A stretch of 35,058 bases of DNA from Paraglomus brasilianum (lineage: Eukaryota), in the NCBI GenBank assembly GCA_910592345.1, contig CAJVPI010000329.1, positions 1 to 35,058 on the forward strand, given 5' to 3'. Below the pieces are notes generated by a model. It did no database searches, was not told where the DNA came from, and saw nothing but the letters and a program-made list of their open reading frames with translations. The first letter of the stretch is position 1; each line of letters opens with the position of its first letter. The position numbers and the translations under genes are program-made. Below are positions 27,249 to 35,058 of this stretch, one piece after another.

Positions 27249-29979
27249 ATGAAATTGGTTAGAAAACATTGCAACTGTTTTTTCAAATATTACCTAATGT
27301 ATCGTCTACTAATTATCGTCAATACGTCCTTCTTCTAGCATTGCCTTAGCCAAAATCCAAAGAGGAACTGCTTTCTCATTAAACTCCGTCAAATGGACTT
27401 TTTAGTCGACTGTGGTCTCGACACATCGACCTTGTTAGGATTTCCGCCGCGCAACACCATCGGCGACGATGACGATGGTGCTGATATTGATCACAGGACT
27501 ACGATAGATTTAGATATATTTGGTCCTCAAAACCCGGAAGATGATAACAGCTCGCGTAAACGTCGAAAGCTTGACGTGTTTGCTGAAGCAGGGCGATTTT
27601 TAGTACAGACGCCAGATTTCTCGTCCGTTGATTGGAAAGCGGTGGATTTTATTTTGATATCTAGTTATAGGCATATGCTCGCTTTGCCTTTCGTTACAGA
27701 ATATACCGAGTTTATGGGCAAGATATATGCAACTGAACCGACCATCGAGTTTGGACGGTGAGCCCATTTCGGATACAGAAAAAAGGCATACATTTTGTCG
27801 AGTATTAATACTTATAATTCGTTTGTGGCTTTAGACAACTTATGAATGAGCTGGTTTATTACTTTGGTGAAAGTTCATCAACGGACGCAGCAAGTAGGCA
27901 CGCGCCATCGCATTCTAAGTAAGCTCAATTCTCACATTTTTGATTCTGTAACCCCTATATTTCTGCGCGCAAACTGGTAAAGCTTCTTTTTTTATTATCA
28001 GTATCGGAAAGTTACTTCAAGACGAATCAACATTTGATCTAAATCTATCAAGAACACTTTATACAACGGCAGATGTCCAATCGTGTATAGATAAGATTCA
28101 GCCGATTCGATATTGCGAGCATCTGGTGGGAGCGTGAGGCTTGATGGCATAGATTTATTTCTTGTATTCAACCAGGATGTTCTCTCTAACCCTTACAAGT
28201 CGTTGTATGACTCTTTGAGAATTACTGCTTATAGTTCGGGTTATTGTCTAGGAAGTGCTAATTGGGCTATTGACTGTGGCTATGAGAAGGTGTGTATTTG
28301 TGTATTTATGTGGTTTTTGGGTAAAGGATAATTATTGAATGCTAATTTCGTTATTTAACTAGATTGCAATAATCTCGTCATCTTCGACGATAAAGACTAT
28401 TCATCCTGCTCCGTTTGATAGAACTGTTTTTGAAAATGCGAGTGTGGTATTGCTTAGTGACTTGCGTACCGAAACCCATCTTTCTTACGAGGAAGCACTT
28501 GCCAAGATTGAGGAATGTGTAGGTAAGTGGGTTATATTCACAGTTAAATTAGGCTATTGCTTTGAATTCGCATTGACTAATTTTATTTTTCTCGACCATC
28601 AACATGGGACTCTACACTTAGTGAGGACAATTAATAGCGATGGAAATGTCTTATTTCCATGTACTTCTAATGGTATTATACTTGATCTAGTCGAAGACCT
28701 TGACAGAATATTGTCAACGAAAGGACTTAGTGGTCATGTAAGAATGTTTGTAATATCTCCTATGGCAGAAGAATCCTTGAAATATTCAAATATTTTGGGA
28801 GAATGGTTAGTATCAAAGTCTGATGTTATTTGCTCCATGTAAGAGAGCTTTAGAGCTTACTTTACTTGGCGTATCTAGGATGTGTAAATCGAATCAAGAT
28901 AAATTATACACAGCCGAGAATCCAACAATTCACAAACTTTTGATGAGTAAACAGCGTCTGTTTCATGTTGCTCGAGTGGACAGTTCCTTGAGTCAAATAT
29001 ATAAACAGCCATGTATAGTCTTTGCGGGTCACGTATCGCTGCGAAGTGGGGCTGCTGTAGAATTTTTAAAGAAGTGGGGCAAAAACGCCGCAAATGTGAT
29101 TATATTCACAGGTACGTGACAAAGATACAATTAGGATAATTATTGTTAGAAACTAACCTCATGCAATCTTTCATTTATAGAGTCTGATATTGATCATAAA
29201 GAGGCTTTTTCTCCTTTTGAAGGATTGAAGATAAATCAAGAAACTATCCCCCTCGATATCAGGCTTTCTGTGCAAGAAGTAGGGTACATACTTCAACAAC
29301 ATCAACCGAAGACAGTACTTGTCCCATCTGACGTTGATGAAATTGCTCGTAACACATTACTATCTCATCAGCAACTTGTAGTTTACGAGTATTCGGGCGT
29401 AAATAATGTAACAATAAACTCACAATATGAAAGAACGTCACTCACTGAATCAGTAAGCCGTTTATTATACTTTGTTATAAGCATATTTTGGCAGGCTTTT
29501 CTAACATCTTACATGTGCTTCTACTATTCTATAATAGCTGGCAAAATTAATCAGACCCAAAGTAGTTGGCAACTCACTCGTTGGCTCGTTAAATGGCAAT
29601 TTAATGACACACAACAATAGATTTTTATTAGCGAAGGGAAAGGCTAGTGTGAATAACCAGAGGTTTCTCTGGGGCGATGCACGAGTCGACAAGATACTTG
29701 ACAGATTTGCAGAAGTAAGTCCGTTTTATCTTTGAATCGTATGTATAATCATTAGCGAAATGTCGTTTGTTGTTAATCTTACTCTAAATACATCCCAAGG
29801 TTGGTATCGATGAAGTCTCTGTCATTAAGGAAGACATGTTGGATGCTATTATTATTACGCTGGGTTCTCCAAAAGCGACAATAACCTTGACTCCTAATTC
29901 GTCAAATATTGACGTAGAAGACAGCACTATGAGAAAGTTTATAGCCGATATAGTAGTAAACCAATTCACACAAATGTGA
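27249..29979 (+). CDS. INTS9: Integrator complex subunit 9 (catalytically inactive MBL/beta-CASP fold)
   Basis: MKL|HCLS...FLVDCGLD, DFILISSYRHMLALPFVTEYTEFMGKIYATEPTIEFGR, SSGYCLGSANW, GNVLFPCTSNGIILDL, PCIVFAGHVSLRSG and PLDIRL match INTS9 motifs as I recall them. There is no HxHxDH metal motif. TGA at 29977-29979. Confidence 0.92.
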
Positions 29980-30779
29980 TAACAAACTATGATGTGAACG
30001 TTATTGGAGACTCGCCCAAGGGAAGAAACCAATATTCTGTAGCAGTGTTGCCAGCCGAGAATTTAAAGGGTTTATTGCAAACTGGGCCGTGATAATCACA
30101 CGAGTTACGTAATAAATGATTCTATAGATCAACAATTGTTGGGCGTTCATCTTTCAACACAACATATTCTAATGATTCTCACTATACGAGTAGGAAAGAA
30201 TCAGATAATTCCGTTATTACAGCATTATAAAGTTCCTCGCGATAGTTATTATGGTAGTAGTGGAAATAATTGTAGTTATTAATAGCAATGATAAATCTCA
30301 AAAATAATTAACGCTTGGCCAATCAAAGGTGGCCATCGATAAGAATTGTCCTGGTCTATACCCGACAATCACGTGATTTGTTTCAATTTTAATTTTAATT
30401 GACCAATAATATCGTAATAATAATGTTCGGACCCATCATACTAATACTAACAGATATTTTATTGGCTATTCCAGATATTAACATGCAATAGACGTAACTT
30501 ATGTTCTGACGCATATGATACATTGTTAATTGTATACCCCCCCCCGAACAAGCAATTTATGTATAGCAAATATGAATTACATAATAATAATAATAATAAA
30601 AGAAATTAGCGTTTCTAATTATTTGTCGCTTTTATCAGCTAGCAGTTATTTGTTAACGTGGAATACACATAGCAATAGATTACATCGCACATATTCCCTC
30701 TAATACGCAGGTTCTTATTTTTGAGTAAAAAAATTTTCGTTTCGCCAATTTGCATTATATCATATAAAGAATTAGCAAT

Positions 30780-31252
30780 TTTGATAAGCTGCACCACCCG
30801 GATTGCGAAGCATCGATCATATGATTAATAGCATTGTTGAAAAATTAACAGTTCTGATATGCTGCATCATCCAGATTACGAAGTATCGATCGTATGATTA
30901 TTAGCATTGCTGAAGAATTAACAGTTTTGATATGCTGCATCAATTAGATTACGAAGCATCAGCGAGATTACGAAGCATTGATAGCATTGTTGAAAATTTA
31001 ACAAATTTTGCCAGATTACGAAGTGTCGATCGATCGTATGGTTGAAAAATTAACAGTTTTGATATATTGTATCGGCCAGATTACGAAGCATCGATCGTAT
31101 TATTAATGCATTGTTGAAGAATTAAAAGTTTTGATATGCTGCATCATCTAGATTGAGCGTATGATTGATAGCATTGTTGAAAAATTAACAGTTTTGATAT
31201 GCTGCATCAGCTAGATTACGAAGCATCGATCATATTATTGGTAGCATTGTTG
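30780..31252. repeat. Degenerate minisatellite, about 73-bp unit, about 6.5 copies
   Basis: Units resembling ccagattacgaagcatcgatcgtatgattaatagcattgttgaaaaattaacagttttgatatgctgcatca start near 30798, 30871, 30944, 31010, 31076, 31148 and 31211. Confidence 0.93.
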
Positions 31253-31402
31253 TTAAAGACGAATAAACAGCTGTTCATTTTTTTAATCCTTCATGCATTC
31301 AAGATAAACTACTTTAATTATGTTATTAAAAGAAGCATCATCGCTGGTGTACCCAGTGTGTGATAATCGGAAATGATTATAGATTATCACATCGCAAAAA
31401 TC

Positions 31403-31480
31403 GAAATGGGTTAACCCATTTCAGGATCCCAGAATGGGTTGACCCGTTCTTAGAATGGGTCAAATCCTAGAATGGGTCCG
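31403..31480. repeat. Cluster of AATGGGT motifs and palindromes, probably a transposon-terminus remnant
   Basis: Perfect palindrome gaaatgggttaacccatttc (31403-31422), imperfect agaatgggttgacccgttct (31431-31450), then two further agaatgggtc copies. Confidence 0.7.
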
Positions 31481-31892
31481 AACATTTACAAGCGAATACT
31501 TTGTTGGAGTATTTATTGGCTTCGCTCTCGGCCTGTGGTTAAATGGCATGCTTTGTAATGGTCGTACGAGAGCTTTAATTCAAACAATCCATAACTGGAA
31601 CAATCTAAACGATTATACGACAAAAGAATTAAATTGGATCCAAAATTTTTACCGTATTCGAAAATAAGCAACACTTTTTTGTTATAGTGTTGCTTATTTC
31701 GGATAGTTTAATAAAACAAGCGATGGTTCCAAAAATAATAAATTGTCTTCTCTATCTCTACTTTATTATATCTACTGTATATAGTCAGCTTTGCTCTCTC
31801 TTAATTTGAACAACCCTTAGCGGATAGCTGTAATTTATATTGAAGACATGTCTGAAAAGCAGTCCGATTTCTATTACAACTAATAAATAAAC

Positions 31893-31930
31893 GGGAGACA
31901 ATCATTTCGTCGGCAATCATTTCACCGACA
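31893..31930. mobile_element. Solo terminal inverted repeat fragment of the same family as the 34064-34230 element
   Basis: gggagacaatcatttcgtcggcaatcatttcaccgaca matches the reverse complement of the right end of 34064-34230 at 32 of 38 positions. Confidence 0.7.
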
Positions 31931-32082
31931 AATATTCTACGGACCCTAATAAACAATGTTTATACGCGTATTATATTAATTAATCAACGTTTAGTATCTC
32001 ACACCGAGAATATAAATATCAATCTGACATATACACCCGCCCTGACAAAATATAAGTACAGGACGAAATTTTACTAGTAAAA

Positions 32083-32113
32083 CTAGAAACAAAATTTTTG
32101 GGGGGCTACGCCC
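32083..32113 (-). mobile_element. Helitron-like 3' terminus (GC hairpin followed by CTAG then T)
   Basis: Minus strand reads gggcgtagccc-ccc-aaaaattttgttt-CTAG-t. Confidence 0.5.
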
Positions 32114-32236
32114 TTGCGTGGTTTATTAGGAAATTTGCGGCGGTGTACATAGGTCATTTAAAAGTAAATGAATAAAGAAAGAAATTCAACGGATAGAAGG
32201 CTATTTATTCGGACTCATCATGTATATTCGAAAAGT

Positions 32237-33353
32237 CTAGTTTATTAGTCGCAATATCGGAAATTTTTTTGGTTGATCGTAGAGTTCTTTTCCGTGGTTG
32301 ACGGGGTTTAGGCTGGGGAGTTGTTCAACTGAATTTTCTTCTGTTATTAATATTGGTTCAGTCGATGTATTTGTGTGGGCGGAGACTTTCGGTTTTTTGG
32401 GAAGTTTGTCTGGAGTTTCCGTTAATGAATTGTACGGTAGTGCCCTTTTTTCGGAGGCGGATGATGATGATGGTTTGGGGGATGGGAAGGATAATGATGT
32501 AGAGGTATATGGCATGGTGCCAGATTATGTACTCAAAATTGTGCAATTCAATACAGGTCAAACTTGTTTAAACCGGCGCTGATTAAACCGGTCTCGGGTT
32601 TAACCGGCCGCCTCAAGACTACACCAAACTTTCATTAATTAGAAACTTTCTCTAGTTGAACAATTTTTTGAACCGGTCCTTAGCTAAACCGGCCAAGAAT
32701 CGGCAAACCAGGTCCGCCGGTTTAAACAGGTTTGACCTGTATATAATTTGTTTTCGTGTATGTCGAGTTCGCCCACTATAACTATAGTTGCCCACAGAAA
32801 TTCTTTTTGCTGACATTATGTCGAACCATAATGTCAAATTCGGCCAATTTTGCAGAGGGACCGCTTCCGGAGACGTATTGGCTCGCTTTGACCATAAATA
32901 CTGCCATGTTGCTTCGCACTTGGATCGTTGATTTTATTGTTCCAATTGCCCGGAGCCAAGTACGGGCATGAGGCATTGACGTAGGCACTTTTGAAGAAAT
33001 ATTGCATTTAAATGCGTTTATCTGTGATAGATTGTATGATGTATTGGTGTGGTAAAAAGTGTTATAAAGTTATCACATATTTTTGGTCATAGAATTTGTA
33101 TACATACAAATATTACGCTTTCACGAATGTCAGTCACTGTCCCAGTTATTTCTACTACGTCATCGAGAGAGAAGGTGTTCGTAGCATGCCAGTTTGAGTT
33201 CTCTTTAGGGACATAGACTTGGAGATGAATGCGAATCGGCTCGTTTGCAAAATTGAGGAAAATGCCATTTGCTTTAAGCAAAACGGTTTCAGTCTTAATT
33301 TCTTTTTTAACGTCGTATATGTGGATGGCAGTGGAATCAAAGTGGACGAGCAT
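32237..33353 (-). pseudogene. Probable tandem OB-fold-like (ssDNA-binding-like) protein gene, disrupted by a MITE and frameshifts
   Basis: Exon 33353-33108 (...FSLDDVVEITGTV), intron 33107-33022, exon ...FMVKASQYVSG...; IVIVGELDIHENKLY|IELHNFEY is restored when the MITE is removed; Ser/Pro-rich tail. The fold is inferred from the beta-strand pattern. Confidence 0.65.
32554..32739. mobile_element. 186-bp MITE, Tc1/mariner/pogo type
   Basis: 25-bp TIRs caggtcaaac(t/c)tgtttaaaccggcg with one mismatch, flanked by TA at 32552-32553 and 32740-32741; internal aaaccgg motifs. Confidence 0.92.
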
Positions 33354-33863
33354 TGCTAACTACCAGTTGTTGGAATGAGTAAGTAATGTGTTTGAGTTTT
33401 GTATTTTGTACAAGTAAGTTGGAGGTTGGATGACCTGTTTGTGTTCAATTTGTAGTGAAATGGTGTTTGGTTTTATATACGTGAAAGCTGGGTAGGGTTG
33501 CGTTCGTATAGTTGTGAACTATGACGATTTGTTGATAGCAAAGATCATATTGGTGGATTGGTTGAGAGATAAATGGGACGTGTTATTTGTTTTTTGTCTT
33601 ATATTTTTAGGATTGTCGACGAAAATATTTTATTATTAAGACAAGCATGAAATATAATTTTAGTTTTTACGTTTTAATGATGTTACCATACGGTAAAGTT
33701 TTTGTGTGTCAACCATATTTCAGTAGTCGATGATATAATTTGATGTAATTGGGGAAATGATACTACTATTATTATAGTTTGTTTATTCGCCTTTCCCAAA
33801 ATGTTTATACGACAATCAAATTCCGTTGTTAAATCGTACGCTTTTTACATATTAATATTTAAA

Positions 33864-33898
33864 CTAGATTTAGAATTTTATAGGGGGCTTCGCCCCCC
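33864..33898 (-). mobile_element. Second Helitron-like 3' terminus
   Basis: Minus strand reads gggggc-gaa-gccccc, 15 nt, then CTAG followed by T. Confidence 0.55.
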
Positions 33899-33988
33899 TT
33901 GGGACCGAAAATGTGAGAGCGTACATTTAGAGAATAATGCATTTAGGGAGAGTATAACAAATTCACGTGATTTAGATACTTTATTCAT

Positions 33989-34533
33989 TTATTGGTTAAA
34001 ATATTGATCTATGTTTGTTTGTCGCATCGTATTAGCTTTTTTCTCTCTAATATATCTCTCAAGGGGGTCCGGTTCATTTCATCGACAATCATTTCGCCGA
34101 CAGTACGTTTCACCGACATAAATTTCATCGAAAACCAATGATAAGTGCGATAAACAATGTGTCACGTGAAATGACTGTCGGTGAAGTGTACTGTCGATGA
34201 AATGATTGTCGATGAAATAAATGCCTCCCCTCTCAAGAATATTTGTCATTTTTATGTGTTCATTTGCATTTTCTTGTAGTAAAAATGCTTGTTCGAGCTC
34301 TGGATATGTAACAGATTTGTGTCTTTTTGCGTTTGGAGCAATGATTTCTTCTTCAGAAAGTAACTGGTTGCTTCTTTGCAAAATTTGTGTTATGGTAGAC
34401 TCGTTAACCCTGACTTGCCATTTATTTTCGATCCAATTGACATACTCTGCACGAGATTTCTTATTATCGCGAGCATACAGGTAAAGTTCGTATTTTTGCG
34501 AATCTGTCAAAGTTGTTTTACTTTTGGCGGCAT
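33989..34533 (-). pseudogene. Internally deleted pogo/Tigger (CENP-B-like) transposase
   Basis: MPPK (frameshift) TLTDSQKYELYLYARDNK...VNESTITQIL...KRHKSVTYPELEQA is a CENP-B-type HTH region, joined directly to the C-terminus ...LERYIREKKANTMRQTNIDQYFNQ*. The DDE domain is absent. Confidence 0.85.
34064..34230. mobile_element. 167-bp foldback-like MITE with a 7-bp (possibly 8-bp) target-site duplication
   Basis: GGGG...CCCC ends; about 55-bp imperfect TIRs built from repeated tttc(a/g)(t/c)cgaca motifs; tctcaag at 34057-34063 and 34231-34237. Confidence 0.88.
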
Positions 34534-34904
34534 GATGAATTATTTTATTAATGGTGAAATTTCAGTACAATCTTCTAACTAACAATTAATAAACGATGTG
34601 ACTACGATGGCATCTTAAATAGTGGCTAACTTGTACAATCATAAATTATTACAGGCTATGATATTAAGATGTTCTGTCCACTGTTGACTATTGATGTCTA
34701 AATAAATACGTGACCTGATGTTAGCAGACAATGTTACTACATAACTGTATTCACACATCTCTAATATAACTTGACATCAGAAAATAGTTCGCTTGCGTAA
34801 AGTGGGGTGACTATAGCACGGATTCTCTATTCGTTACATTTTATAATCTGATGTATAATTTGTTATTGTCTTAGGTAAAGTCTTTGACTCGCCAAATTTC
34901 ATTA

Positions 34905-35058
34905 GGGATTTTGATGTTAAGTTTCGTGTGCAGTATCCAAGAGCTTATGTGGATGTGTTGTTGTTTGTGTTGAATTATACGGGGATTTTGATGTTAAGTT
35001 TCGTGTGCAGTATCCAAGAGCTTATGTGGATGTGTTGTTGTTTGTGTTGAATTATACG
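34905..35058. repeat. Perfect 77-bp tandem duplication running to the end of the window
   Basis: 34905-34981 is identical to 34982-35058. Confidence 0.92.

Noticed and set aside
27393..27761. Active beta-lactamase or CPSF73/INTS11 nuclease
   Set aside because: The HxHxDH motif is replaced by SSYRHM, as expected for inactive INTS9.
30780..31252. Possible CRISPR array
   Set aside because: The whole unit repeats with no unique spacers, there are no cas genes, and the context is eukaryotic.
31455..31667. 70-aa ORF with a hydrophobic stretch
   Set aside because: It starts inside the AATGGGT repeat cluster and has no recognisable homology; cannot be supported.
31893..34230. A single 2.3-kb TIR element carrying the OB-fold-like gene
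   Set aside because: No shared TSD at the two ends, and 34064-34230 has its own TSD and so inserted independently.

Overview
Intron-rich, AT-rich fungal nuclear DNA with short GT-AG introns and CTAAC-type branch points. The gene content and repeat families suggest an early-diverging fungus, probably Glomeromycotina/Mucoromycota; this is inference only. Left to right: (1) a 13-exon cytochrome P450 with a probable 3-nt microexon; (2) an FHA-domain Chk2/Cds1-like kinase; (3) a ~12 kb tandem array of eight two-repeat Myb gene units (A-H) in birth-and-death flux, with intact copies, pseudogenes, an in-frame fusion, an inverted first exon, a likely gene-conversion tract and a possibly acquired first exon; (4) an AT-hook/bromo/ankyrin/bromo/BAH chromatin protein; (5) an RS-rich conserved protein divergently paired with (6) an Integrator subunit 9 (INTS9) orthologue; (7) a ~4.3 kb repeat-rich end with a ~73-bp minisatellite, two Helitron-like 3' ends, an OB-fold-like pseudogene split by a TA-TSD MITE, and an internally deleted pogo/CENP-B transposase split by a second MITE. 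Gene models were spliced by hand and no database searches were run.
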